Assembly: GCA_963814415.1 (NCBI GenBank)
Contig: CAWFCN010000001.1
Span: 129,604 to 193,603, forward strand
Source of the DNA: an uncultured Actinomycetes bacterium
Lineage (GTDB): Bacteria > Actinomycetota > Thermoleophilia > RBG-16-64-13
Direction of reading: 5' to 3'
Length of the DNA: 64,000 nucleotides
Below are positions 39,061 to 48,573 of the stretch, piece by piece (positions within the stretch are counted from its first letter, which is position 1; each line of letters opens with the position of its first letter). The translations under genes were made by a program, and so were the position numbers. The notes beneath the pieces were generated by a model that was not told the origin of the DNA, searched no databases, and saw only the letters and a list, made by a program, of their open reading frames with translations.

Positions 39061-40049
39061 GCGGCCCAGGCACCGTCGTCGGCCCACGGGAGATAGCCGA
39101 GCGTCTGCGCGGCGAGACGAGAGTCCTTGCGGTCACCCACGAGGCACCAGATGGTGATGCCCTGGGATGCCTGTCGGCCTTCGTACTGATGTGTGAGCGA
39201 CTGGGCATCGGGTGCAGTTCGTATGTGCCCGGCGAGAGCGGTTTCCCCGACGAGTACAGGTTCTTGCCCGGACTGGAGAGCGTCCACAGGGGCAGCGCTC
39301 CGCCCGTGGAGTCGGGCACTACAGTGTACTTTCTGGATTGCGCCTCGCTCCTCAGGGGCGATTCTGACGGTTTCGCGGCAGAGGCCGTGAGGGTCAACAT
39401 CGATCACCACCAGGACAATCCTGGCTTCGGAGACCTTGATCTTGTCGATAGCCAAGCTTCATCGACAACCGCCTTGCTCTACGAAGTGTTCAAGGCGGGA
39501 GGTTTCCCGCTGGATGCGCAGATAGCGACTTCCTTGTATGTGGGGCTTCTCACCGATACCGGCAAGTTCCAGTATTCGAACACTACGCCTGCGGCGCACC
39601 GCATCGCCTCAGAGCTGCAAGAGCTTGGCTGCGATGTCAACGCCGTGAACCGCGAAGTGTATGAGACAGTACCCCTTCCCAAGGTCCTACTCTTGGCGAG
39701 GATGCTGTCGCGTCTGGAGATCAGGCTGGGGGGCGCCCTGGTGACCTCCTGGCTGGGCAGTGAGGATTTCGCCCTGACCGGAGCGCACGAAGGCCACTCG
39801 GAGGGCCTGATCGATACCCTGAGATGCATCGCCGGCGTGCGGGTGGCTGCACTGGCTCGCGAGCGGCAAAGGGACGGACGGGCGGAGACCAAGGTGAGTC
39901 TGCGTTCCACCGACGGCTCGGTGGATGTAGCTGCCCTCGCTCACGAAAGGGGGGGCGGTGGGCACCTACGGGCCGCTGGGTTTACTTCTGACGGCTCAGC
40001 CGAGGCAGTGCTTGATTGGATAGAGCAGAACGTCGGCGCCAAGTTGTGA
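39057..40049 (+). CDS. nrnA: DHH-DHHA1 phosphoesterase (NrnA-like oligoribonuclease / pAp phosphatase)
   Basis: The DHH motif (NIDHHQDN), GGGH and the DHHA1 domain are present. Its position is conserved between rbfA and truB. Confidence 0.8.
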   Translation: MSGPGTVVGPREIAERLRGETRVLAVTHEAPDGDALGCLSAFVLMCERLGIGCSSYVPGESGFPDEYRFLPGLESVHRGSAPPVESGTTVYFLDCASLLRGDSDGFAAEAVRVNIDHHQDNPGFGDLDLVDSQASSTTALLYEVFKAGGFPLDAQIATSLYVGLLTDTGKFQYSNTTPAAHRIASELQELGCDVNAVNREVYETVPLPKVLLLARMLSRLEIRLGGALVTSWLGSEDFALTGAHEGHSEGLIDTLRCIAGVRVAALARERQRDGRAETKVSLRSTDGSVDVAALAHERGGGGHLRAAGFTSDGSAEAVLDWIEQNVGAKL

Positions 40050-40062
40050 CGCGAGCGCGAGC

Positions 40063-40935
40063 ATGAGTCAGGTATCACGAGTCCTGCTCGTCGACAAACC
40101 CGTCGGACCGACCAGTTTCGATGTGGTCCGTACGGCCCGTCGGGGTTTCGGTGGTCGCGTGGGGCACGCCGGCACCCTGGATCCCTTCGCCACGGGTCTG
40201 CTCTTGGTGCTGATAGGCCAGGCCACCCGTCTGTCCCGGCTGTTTGTGGGACTGTCAAAAGAGTACGAGGTCATCGTGCAGTTCGGTGCTACCTCGAGTA
40301 CCGGCGACCCGACCGGAGAGATCTCAGAGACTTGCGGCAGAGTGGACAGGGCCTCCGTTCTCAGGGCTATGGACGGGCTTCGCGGAGACATCGTCCAGAA
40401 GGTGCCGTTGACCTCGGCGGTGAAAGTCGATGGCGAAGCCCTCTATAAGAAGGCACATCGGGGCGAGACCGCGGAGACTCCCGAGAGAAAGGTGTGCATC
40501 TACGATTTGTGTCTTCTGGACTTCTCCGAAGACGCGCAGACCGCCCGGATCCTGGCTGTGACCAGCAGCGGCACCTATCTTCGGGTGCTTGCTCAAGATC
40601 TAGGTGAGGCCTTGGGGGTCGGGGCGTACGCACTTGAACTGAGACGCACCCGGGTAGGCCGCTTCGGCGTATGTGAGGCTCTAGGACTGGAGGACCTATC
40701 ACCCGAGCGCTATGCGGTCGCAGGACCTGGCGTGCTGGATCTAGATCAGGCGCTGGCCGGCCTGCCCGCGGTGGTGTTGGACGAGACCTCCGCCCGGCTT
40801 GTTGCCAACGGCAACAAGTTGAAGGTGGAACGACAGGGTCGCTTTCGAGCATACGGTGAAGGCCGGCTACTGGGAGTGTACGAAGGGGATGCGGGTATTG
40901 CAAAGCCTTTGATCGTCTTTCCAGAGGGGGCCTGA
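40063..40935 (+). CDS. truB: tRNA pseudouridine(55) synthase
   Basis: VGHAGTLDPFATGLLLVLIG carries the catalytic Asp motif. Confidence 0.9.
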   Translation: MSQVSRVLLVDKPVGPTSFDVVRTARRGFGGRVGHAGTLDPFATGLLLVLIGQATRLSRLFVGLSKEYEVIVQFGATSSTGDPTGEISETCGRVDRASVLRAMDGLRGDIVQKVPLTSAVKVDGEALYKKAHRGETAETPERKVCIYDLCLLDFSEDAQTARILAVTSSGTYLRVLAQDLGEALGVGAYALELRRTRVGRFGVCEALGLEDLSPERYAVAGPGVLDLDQALAGLPAVVLDETSARLVANGNKLKVERQGRFRAYGEGRLLGVYEGDAGIAKPLIVFPEGA

Positions 40936-40937
40936 CC

Positions 40938-41897
40938 GTGGGTAGGCAGACCGGACTTGAGGAAGTGGAGAGCGCTCCCGTCGGCGGTCGCGTCGTGGCC
41001 ATCGGGGTGTTCGACGGCGTACATCTTGGCCACCAGAGCATCATCACAGCAGCGGTGGAATCCGCGCGGGCGTCGGGTGCGAGACCCACGGTAGTTACCT
41101 TCTATCCTCACCCGGAGGCGGTGCTGAGGCCCGGCTCTGAGCCTCGGTCGCTTACGCTACCGGCAAGGAAAGCGGAGCTGCTCTGGCAAATGGGCATCGA
41201 GGAAGTGGTAACGGTGCACTTCGACCGCCAGTTTGCCCAACTACTGCCGGAGGCCTTCTGTAGCGTGGTCCTCTCGGCGCGTCTGGGCGCAAAGGCTGTC
41301 ATGGTGGGGGAGAACTTCAGATTCGGGCGTCATGGCGCGGGGACCGCGGATGATCTGGGGGCTTTCGGGCGGACTCATGGCTTCAGCGTATTTCCGGTGG
41401 CGCTGGTCAAAGAGGCCGGCGAGCCGATCTCTAGCACTCGCATACGCAGCCTCTTAGAAGCCGGGGAGGTGGGACTGGCTGCGGAGTTGCTCGGCAGGCC
41501 GCATCGCCTTGAGGGCATGGTCGTCAAAGGGGCCGGGCGAGGCCGGGGTCTGCATTCTCCCACGGCCAATCTGGAGGCATCGGCTGAGTTGGCCCTCCCG
41601 GCCTCTGGCGTTTATGTGACGAGGGCCACGCTGGAGAACGGTGGTTCTCTTGGGGCGGTCACCAGCATCGGCACTAATCCCACTTTTGAGAAGGGCAAGG
41701 AGCTACATGTGGAGACCTTGCTTCTGGACTACGAGGGTGACCTGTACCAACGGTCGCTGAAGGTGGACTTCCTGGAACGCCTTCGAGAGCAGCGGGTCTT
41801 TGACGGCCCGGAGGCTCTTGCCGAACAGATCCGCAAGGATATTCAGCAGGCGCGCGAGTCGCACGACCGTCGGAATGCGGGCGGGTGGACCGAATAG
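40938..41897 (+). CDS. ribF: Bifunctional riboflavin kinase / FMN adenylyltransferase
   Basis: An N-terminal FAD synthetase domain (AIGVFDGVHLGHQ) and a C-terminal riboflavin kinase domain are present. Confidence 0.9.
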   Translation: MGRQTGLEEVESAPVGGRVVAIGVFDGVHLGHQSIITAAVESARASGARPTVVTFYPHPEAVLRPGSEPRSLTLPARKAELLWQMGIEEVVTVHFDRQFAQLLPEAFCSVVLSARLGAKAVMVGENFRFGRHGAGTADDLGAFGRTHGFSVFPVALVKEAGEPISSTRIRSLLEAGEVGLAAELLGRPHRLEGMVVKGAGRGRGLHSPTANLEASAELALPASGVYVTRATLENGGSLGAVTSIGTNPTFEKGKELHVETLLLDYEGDLYQRSLKVDFLERLREQRVFDGPEALAEQIRKDIQQARESHDRRNAGGWTE

Positions 41898-41970
41898 ACC
41901 GAGAGGGATGTTATCCTATTCGGCGGTCTGACAAGCTGTCCAGCTACCTGGTTCGGCAAAGGGAGGCAGG

Positions 41971-43740
41971 TTGACGTTCGAACGCGGCTCGGCGCCGTCA
42001 TATCGACCCATAGTACGTAGGGGGTCGCGCGCGCTGTGGCTGGCGTTCTGGTTCGGTCTGTGTGCGCTCTTCGCGTCTTTCAGCGTTCTCCTACCCCCCA
42101 GTGCCTTAGCCGCGACCGAATACACGTCGGTCACGGGCAAGGATGCCTACGAGACTTCCATACTGCTGTCTCGAGCGAGCTTTGCAGATGGCGCTGAGGT
42201 CGTAGTCGTAGCCGACGGAAACGACTTTCGAATAGCGACCTGTTCCGCGGTGCTGGCGGCAGTCTACGAGGGCCCGCTGCTCCTGACACCGGCCGACTCA
42301 CTTGACCCACGGGTCCTCGAAGAGATCTCGAGGCTCAACCCGCATACGGTCTATTTGGTCGGCTTGGATGATTCCGCGGCCCGAGCGATCGACGGGTGGT
42401 CATATGCCCCGACTTCGGCCGCAGGCGGCGACGTGTATGCGGGTGCGAAGCGCCTCGGGGAGACCATCAGAGCATTTCTTTCGAGCATGGGCGCGTTCTT
42501 TGTGGAGACGAGCGATGCTCTGGTCGGCTGGCTGACAGGTCGCGAGCGCATCGTGATGCTGGGTGGTGCCGACGCATACGAGACGGCGGTGGTGGTCGCA
42601 CGACAGGTTCTGTCGGAGACTGCAGATAGCAGTGTCATAGTGCTTGCTTCCGGCAAAGACGGCGGTCAGTCGGCTGAGAACGCCGTGTCGGCCTCGACTC
42701 TGGCGTCGGGGAAGAAATGGCCCCTTGTCTTCGCTGGGAAGTCTGGTGTCCTCTCGGAGGGGGTGAGTGCTCTGATCGTTGAGGCGGCCCCCTCCGTGGT
42801 TGTCGAGGTGGGAATCACCGTTAGCCTGAAGATGGGCGCTGAGGTGGTCAAGCTCCGAGGCAAGAACGCGTCGGCCACTAGCGTCGCCGTCGCTCAGTAC
42901 GCAACGAGCAATGGTCTTAGCTACTCGCACTTGGTGTTGGTGGGTGGCTCGGGTAAGTCATCCGCACATGGTTGGGCAGTGGGAGCGTACTTGGCTTCAG
43001 ACGGAGGAGTGGCGCTGCTATGCGGTGGTGGGGACGTCCCGGCCGAGATCAGGATGTCCCTCATGCAGATTGCCGAACGGATCGGGCGGATGGAGTTCTG
43101 TGGGGTCCAGTCCGGTGTGGCCGACAAGTACCGGCTCCTTGTCAATGCCAGGGGGCTGCCGAGCGGATTCGCAGATCGGCGACTCGGACGGCCCTCCAGA
43201 GGTGAGGAGGTGACGTGGGTCGAGCAGAGACTCTCAGACTTGGGATACCGGCCAGGGCCCATTGACGGACTGTATGACGACCGCACCCGGCACGCGATCA
43301 TAGCCTTTGAGAAATGGGAGGGCATGTCGCGCGACGGAGTGGTGGGGGAAGAGGTCTGGTGGAGGCTGCTGGGCGCGGAGCGTCCCGTGCCGCGCGTGCG
43401 CAGTGGTGGCAAGTGGATCGAAGTGAACAAGAAGAAGCAGGTGCTTCTCTATTGTCTGGATGGGACCGTCGAGCGCATCATTCCGGTCTCGACTGGGACG
43501 CCTTACATCTTGTACGGTCAAGAGACACCTACCGGACTTTTTCAAGTCACTCGGAAGAACGACCGCATGCGAAAGCCCCGCTACCATCCCATGTACATAA
43601 GGTCCACGAATATCGCTATCCACGGGTATGAGTACGTCCCGGCCTACCCTGCCAGCCATGGATGTATCAGGATTCCCATACCCGACATGGACGACTTGTT
43701 CGACCTGGTGCCGGTCGGCACTCGCGTATACATCTACTGA
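41971..43740 (+). CDS. Secreted cell-wall protein: 3x cell-wall-binding repeat 2 (CWB2-like) + peptidoglycan-binding domain + L,D-transpeptidase (YkuD) domain
   Basis: A signal peptide with an ALA-AT cleavage site is present. Three ~100-aa repeats follow (YETSILLSRASF...VVVVADGNDF; YETAVVVARQVL...VIVLASGKDG; TSVAVAQYATS...LVLVGGSG). Then come a PG_binding_1-like segment (RLSDLGYRPGPIDGLYDDRTRHAIIAFEKW) and an LDT catalytic core (IHGY...SHGCIRI). Start is TTG. Confidence 0.75.
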   Translation: MTFERGSAPSYRPIVRRGSRALWLAFWFGLCALFASFSVLLPPSALAATEYTSVTGKDAYETSILLSRASFADGAEVVVVADGNDFRIATCSAVLAAVYEGPLLLTPADSLDPRVLEEISRLNPHTVYLVGLDDSAARAIDGWSYAPTSAAGGDVYAGAKRLGETIRAFLSSMGAFFVETSDALVGWLTGRERIVMLGGADAYETAVVVARQVLSETADSSVIVLASGKDGGQSAENAVSASTLASGKKWPLVFAGKSGVLSEGVSALIVEAAPSVVVEVGITVSLKMGAEVVKLRGKNASATSVAVAQYATSNGLSYSHLVLVGGSGKSSAHGWAVGAYLASDGGVALLCGGGDVPAEIRMSLMQIAERIGRMEFCGVQSGVADKYRLLVNARGLPSGFADRRLGRPSRGEEVTWVEQRLSDLGYRPGPIDGLYDDRTRHAIIAFEKWEGMSRDGVVGEEVWWRLLGAERPVPRVRSGGKWIEVNKKKQVLLYCLDGTVERIIPVSTGTPYILYGQETPTGLFQVTRKNDRMRKPRYHPMYIRSTNIAIHGYEYVPAYPASHGCIRIPIPDMDDLFDLVPVGTRVYIY

Positions 43741-43949
43741 CCAGCGAGCCTCCGATGGAGGCGGAAGCCGATCGAGCGATCGGCAGCCACTCACATAGCG
43801 GGATGGGCCTGCGCGCCTGTGCTAAGCTACATGGTCGATTTGGGCCGTGAGGCCTGAGGAGGCGCCGGAAATCGGCGTCGGCATTTAAACCTGCATCTCG
43901 GCTTTGACTTCAAGTCATCGCTGGGAGCATGGAGCCTGGGAGGCTATGC

Positions 43950-44216
43950 ATGCTGAGCAAGGATCGCAAGACCGAGATAATCGATCGCTTCAAGAAGCAC
44001 GAGGGCGACACCGGTTCCCCCGAAGTGCAGATCGGAATCCTCACCGAGCAGATCAACGTCCTCACCGAGCATCTCAAGACTCACGCGAAGGATCACCATT
44101 CGCGCCGCGGTCTGCTGAAGATGGTCGGGCGTAGGCGCCGTCTGCTCAACTATCTCCAGCGCGAGGATGTTGGGCGCTATCGCACAGTGGTCAAGGAGTT
44201 GGGTCTCCGGAGGTAG
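43950..44216 (+). CDS. rpsO: 30S ribosomal protein S15
   Basis: [43 protein letters not shown] is typical S15. Confidence 0.95.
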   Translation: MLSKDRKTEIIDRFKKHEGDTGSPEVQIGILTEQINVLTEHLKTHAKDHHSRRGLLKMVGRRRRLLNYLQREDVGRYRTVVKELGLRR

Positions 44217-44308
44217 GTCCCGGGAGACGGTCGGTACGAAGCAGCAGCGGAGTCAAGGATAGACGGAGAGAAGACTCAAGAAGGGTCTTCGGACGGGAGT
44301 AGAGGACA

Positions 44309-46432
44309 GTGGCTAGCGAAGTAATGACTACAGAGGTCACCCTTGGTGACAAGAAGATAACCTTCGAGACGGGCAGGTTGGCCAAGCAGGCAAGCGGTGC
44401 CGTGGTCGTCCGTTCGGGTGACACCATGGTGCTTGTCACGGCTGTCGTGGCCGGCAACGAACGCAATGTAGACTTCTTTCCCCTCACGGTGGACGTGGAG
44501 GCGGGAATGTATGCCGCGGGGAAGATCCCCGGCGGCTTTATCAAGAGAGAAGGTAGGGCTAGCGACCAGTCGATCCTCATCGCGCGGCTGATCGACAGAC
44601 CCATACGCCCTCTGTGGCCGAAGGGCTTCAACAAAGAGACCCATATCGTCGCCACGGTGCTTTCTGTGGACAAGATGAATCCCTATGACGTTCTCGCGGT
44701 AGCGGGCGCGTCGGCGGCTCTGTGTCTCTCGGAGGGTCCGTTCCTGGGGCCCGTGGGGGCTGTAAGGGTGGTCAAGGTCGATGGGTCGTGGATAGTGAAC
44801 CCCACCTACGCCGAGATTGACCAGAGCTTGGTGAATCTGGTGGTGGCCGGCACCAGCGAGGCCATCGGCATGGTCGAGGCAGGCTGCGAAGAGGTCGACG
44901 AGGCAGATATCATCGCCGGGCTGGAAGTCGCCCACGATGCCATCAAGAAGCAGTGCGAGGCGATCCGGGTCTGGGCGGGCGAAGTTGGCAAGACGAAGAT
45001 CGAGTTCGCCCCGAAGGTGGCCGATCCGGCTCTGACTGAGAAGATAAAGGCCCGTTTTGGTGCCGATATAGAGCAGGCGAGCAACGTATTCGACAAGCAC
45101 GAGCGCTCCAATGCCGTCGCGGCGGTCAAGGCGCAGGTCATGGATGCGTTTCCAGCGGCCGAGGGCGAGGACGCCGCGGTCCAGACCGCTGCCCTTGCCA
45201 AGGCTTTTGACGCTGTCGAGAAGGAGATCGTGCGCCGGGTCATCGCCGTCGACAAGAGGCGACCCGACGGGCGTGGAGTGGATGAGATCCGTCCGCTCGA
45301 CTGCGACACCAAGATAGCTCCGCGCACTCACGGGTCAGGCCTGTTCACAAGAGGTCAGACTCAGGTGCTTACACTCCTGACCTTGGGCGCGGCCCGGGAT
45401 GAGCAGCGCATCGACGGCCTCGGCATCGAGGAATCGAAGCGCTTCATGCATCACTACAAGTTCCCGCCCTTCAGCGTTGGTGAGGCTGGGTTCATGCGTG
45501 GCCCGGGCCGGCGTGATATCGGTCACGGAGCCTTGGCGGAGCGGGCACTTCTTCCGGTGATCCCGGATGAAGAGGCGTTCCCATACACCATACGTCTGGT
45601 GTCGGAGACTCTTGAATCGAACGGTTCGAGTTCCATGGCCAGCGTGTGCGCATCGACCTTGGCTCTCATGGATGCCGGTGTGCCGATTGCGCGCCCGGTG
45701 GCCGGCATCGCCATGGGTCTGGTGAAAGAGGGCAACGACTATGTGGTCCTGACCGACATCGCCGGGGTGGAGGATCATCTGGGCGACATGGACTTCAAGG
45801 TGGCCGGTACCGACAAGGGCATCACGGCGCTGCAGATGGACATAAAGATCCAGGGGGTCACGTTCGAGATAATGAAGGACGCCCTCGAGCGCGCGCGGAA
45901 GGCCCGCCTGTTCATCCTGGACAAGATAGCCAGCACAATCAGCGCGCCGCGTGCCGAGCTCTCTGAGTTCGCGCCCAGGATCGCTACCATCCGCATCGAC
46001 CCCGAGAAGATCGGCGCCGTCATTGGCAAGGGCGGCGAGACTATCAGGGGCATGGAGGCCGAATTCGAGTGCACAATCGATGTGGCCGAAGACGGTCTGG
46101 TCAAGGTCTTCGCGACCGACGGCAAGCTGGGCGACACCTGCCTGGAGCGCATCAGGCTTCTGACTCGTGAGACCCAGGCCGGTGACATCATAGAGGGCAG
46201 GGTGGCCTCAACGACTTCATTCGGAGCATTTGTCACGCTGAAGCCCGGTACCGACGGCCTCGTCCACATCTCGCGACTCGCGGACCATCGCGTCAACGTC
46301 GTGGAGGATGTTGTCAACCGAGGCGACCTCGTGAGAGTAGAGGTACTGGAAGTGCAGATGCAGGGGGGCAAAGAGAAGATCAGCCTGCGGCTCCTGGAGA
46401 ACCTCACTTCAAAGGAAGGCAGTGGCGACTGA
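44309..46432 (+). CDS. pnp: Polyribonucleotide nucleotidyltransferase (PNPase)
   Basis: Two RNase PH domains, a KH domain and an S1 domain are present. Length is 707 aa. Alternative start is ATG 44324. A GAAGAC...GTCTTC hairpin lies in the leader. Confidence 0.95.
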   Translation: MASEVMTTEVTLGDKKITFETGRLAKQASGAVVVRSGDTMVLVTAVVAGNERNVDFFPLTVDVEAGMYAAGKIPGGFIKREGRASDQSILIARLIDRPIRPLWPKGFNKETHIVATVLSVDKMNPYDVLAVAGASAALCLSEGPFLGPVGAVRVVKVDGSWIVNPTYAEIDQSLVNLVVAGTSEAIGMVEAGCEEVDEADIIAGLEVAHDAIKKQCEAIRVWAGEVGKTKIEFAPKVADPALTEKIKARFGADIEQASNVFDKHERSNAVAAVKAQVMDAFPAAEGEDAAVQTAALAKAFDAVEKEIVRRVIAVDKRRPDGRGVDEIRPLDCDTKIAPRTHGSGLFTRGQTQVLTLLTLGAARDEQRIDGLGIEESKRFMHHYKFPPFSVGEAGFMRGPGRRDIGHGALAERALLPVIPDEEAFPYTIRLVSETLESNGSSSMASVCASTLALMDAGVPIARPVAGIAMGLVKEGNDYVVLTDIAGVEDHLGDMDFKVAGTDKGITALQMDIKIQGVTFEIMKDALERARKARLFILDKIASTISAPRAELSEFAPRIATIRIDPEKIGAVIGKGGETIRGMEAEFECTIDVAEDGLVKVFATDGKLGDTCLERIRLLTRETQAGDIIEGRVASTTSFGAFVTLKPGTDGLVHISRLADHRVNVVEDVVNRGDLVRVEVLEVQMQGGKEKISLRLLENLTSKEGSGD

Positions 46433-47708
46433 AGAGTACCGTGTTGAGCGACTACCCTCAGGCCAACGCCTGATCACAGAGAAGCTTGACCATCTGAGAT
46501 CAGTCTGCATGGGCTTTTGGATCCCGGCCGGGTCGCGGGATGAAACCGCGACCTTGGCTGGGACCACTCACTTCATAGAGCACCTTCTCTTCAAAGGCTC
46601 CTCGAAGTACTCGGCGGAAGAGATAGCACAAGTGTTCGACGCGCTCGGTGGAGAGCTCAACGCCAGCACTTCCAGGGAATACGTGGTGGTCTACGGACGC
46701 TTCCTGGACGACCAGCTCCCCGTAGCGTTGGACGTCATGACCGACATGCTCATCTCTCCCACGTTCAGCGACTTGGACAGGGAGCGAGAGGTCGTGCTGG
46801 AAGAGATCGCCATGGTGGAGGACTCTCCCCAGGACCTCATCCATGACGTGTTGGCCGAAGTCGTGCTGGACGGTCACCCCCTTGCGCACCCCATCCTGGG
46901 GACACGCGAGAGTATCGCCGGTGCCTCGGAGTCTGACATCAAGGCATATCACGGCGATCGCTTTAGGTTCGACGACATGATCGTAGCGGCAGCCGGCAAT
47001 ATCGATCACGATCTCTTGCGTGAGATGTTGGTGGCCAGGCCGGGTGGAGGGAGTGGCGACGGTCATGCTCGCTCCCCGCAGGTGCCCAAAATGCACGCTA
47101 CTCGGCGCTTCGTGAGCAAAGAGACCGAGCAGATGCACGTGTGTCTGGGTGGGGTGGGCCTGGCTCGCGATGACGAGCGACGCTTTCAACTATCGGCGCT
47201 GGATAGCCTTTTCGGCGGGTCTCTCAGCTCCCGGTTGTTCCAGGAAGTCAGGGAGAAACGCGGACTCGTCTACAGCGTGTATTCATTCTCCAGTCTCTAC
47301 GAGGAAACGGGACTGAGCGGCATCTACTTCGGATGTAGGCCCGAGCGCGTAGAGGCGGTGATAGAGACCGTGGGTCGCGAGCTGGACCGTTTGCTCAAGG
47401 AACCGGTGCCCAAAGAGGAGCTCTCCAGAGCCAAAGAGCACCTCAAGGGCCGCATGATCCTGGGGCTGGAGAGCACGTCTAGCCGTATGACCCGTCTGGG
47501 CAAGGGTGTCATAACCAACACCGAGATACTCTCACTGGACGAGTTGGCCCGAAGGGTAGACGCGGTGACAAGCGAGGAACTCATGGAATTGGCGGCGGAG
47601 GTCTATCGTCCGTCGGCACTGTCCGTGGTGGGCATCGGGGCCGACGAGGACAAGTTCAACGCCGCCGTCCCAGAGGATTGTCTGGCGGGGCTAGTGCGGG
47701 AGGCATAG
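46422..47708 (+). CDS. M16-family zinc peptidase (pitrilysin-like)
   Basis: The inverted zinc motif HFIEHLLFKG (HxxEH) is present. Length is ~430 aa. Its position after pnp is as in actinobacteria (pepR-like). Confidence 0.85.
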   Translation: MATEEYRVERLPSGQRLITEKLDHLRSVCMGFWIPAGSRDETATLAGTTHFIEHLLFKGSSKYSAEEIAQVFDALGGELNASTSREYVVVYGRFLDDQLPVALDVMTDMLISPTFSDLDREREVVLEEIAMVEDSPQDLIHDVLAEVVLDGHPLAHPILGTRESIAGASESDIKAYHGDRFRFDDMIVAAAGNIDHDLLREMLVARPGGGSGDGHARSPQVPKMHATRRFVSKETEQMHVCLGGVGLARDDERRFQLSALDSLFGGSLSSRLFQEVREKRGLVYSVYSFSSLYEETGLSGIYFGCRPERVEAVIETVGRELDRLLKEPVPKEELSRAKEHLKGRMILGLESTSSRMTRLGKGVITNTEILSLDELARRVDAVTSEELMELAAEVYRPSALSVVGIGADEDKFNAAVPEDCLAGLVREA

Positions 47709-47711
47709 GGT

Positions 47712-48488
47712 ATGGGCGCGCAGGCTAGGCAGGGTAACACGCCGCTACGGGTGGCGGTCTCGGGAGCAGCGGGTCGCATGGGCAGCACCACCTGCAAGGC
47801 CGTGGCGGCCGATCGCGAACTGTTACTGGTCGCTGCGATCGATCCGCTGTTCGCGGATGGCCGGGCCGGGTCCGAGATTGACGTTGGTGTCGGCTACCCT
47901 GTGAGGGTGGATGCGAGCCTGGAGGCGGCGCTGGCAGGCGAGCAGATCGATGTGGTGGTGGACTTTAGCACGCCGTCGGTGGTCAAAGGCAACGTACTGG
48001 TGTGTATCAAGAGCGGAGTACCGGTGGTCGTCGGGACGACCGGGCTAAGTGCTGGGGATCTGGCGGAATTGGACAGGGAGGCGGCCGCGGGGGGCGCGCC
48101 AGTGCTGGTGGCCCCGAACTTTGCCATGGGTGCGGTTCTCATGATGCAGTTCGCGGAATCAGCCGCGAAGTATCTCGGGGCCTGCGAGATCGTCGAGCTT
48201 CATCACGAAGCGAAGGTCGATGCTCCCTCGGGTACTTCACGCTTAACGCGTCTGCGCATCGAGGACGCGTGGCGCGAACGGGGTCTGGAGAAAGAAGTTC
48301 CCATCCACAGCGTCCGCCTACCGGGACTGGTGGCTCACCAGGAGGTCATCTTCGGCGGCACAGGAGAGACACTCACCATTCGACACGACTCGCTCGATCG
48401 GCAGTCGTTCATGCCCGGGGTGGTGCTTGCCGTGAAGCGCGTCCGCACGTTGCAAGGACTAGTTGTGGGCCTGGAGAACATCCTATAG
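47712..48488 (+). CDS. dapB: 4-hydroxy-tetrahydrodipicolinate reductase
   Basis: RVAVSGAAGRMG is the NAD(P)-binding N-terminus. The DapB C-terminal domain is present. Confidence 0.9.
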   Translation: MGAQARQGNTPLRVAVSGAAGRMGSTTCKAVAADRELLLVAAIDPLFADGRAGSEIDVGVGYPVRVDASLEAALAGEQIDVVVDFSTPSVVKGNVLVCIKSGVPVVVGTTGLSAGDLAELDREAAAGGAPVLVAPNFAMGAVLMMQFAESAAKYLGACEIVELHHEAKVDAPSGTSRLTRLRIEDAWRERGLEKEVPIHSVRLPGLVAHQEVIFGGTGETLTIRHDSLDRQSFMPGVVLAVKRVRTLQGLVVGLENIL

Positions 48489-48573
48489 AGACGTGTGTCT
48501 TGCCCGCGTCGATAGGCGGCGGGCATTGACTCACAAGCAGCATGGTGCAGGCAGGAGGCCTCTACTTACGCCC

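Noticed and set aside
41975-41984. CGTTCGAACG palindrome at the start of the LDT gene
   Set aside because: The half-site orientation (GTTC-GAAC) is opposite to the Cheo box and there is no spacer. It is coincidental within the coding start.
43740-43950. Possible tRNA or sRNA in the 210-bp gap before rpsO
   Set aside because: No T-loop (GTTCRANYC) or cloverleaf-compatible segments were seen. It is more likely the rpsO autoregulatory leader plus an LDT terminator.
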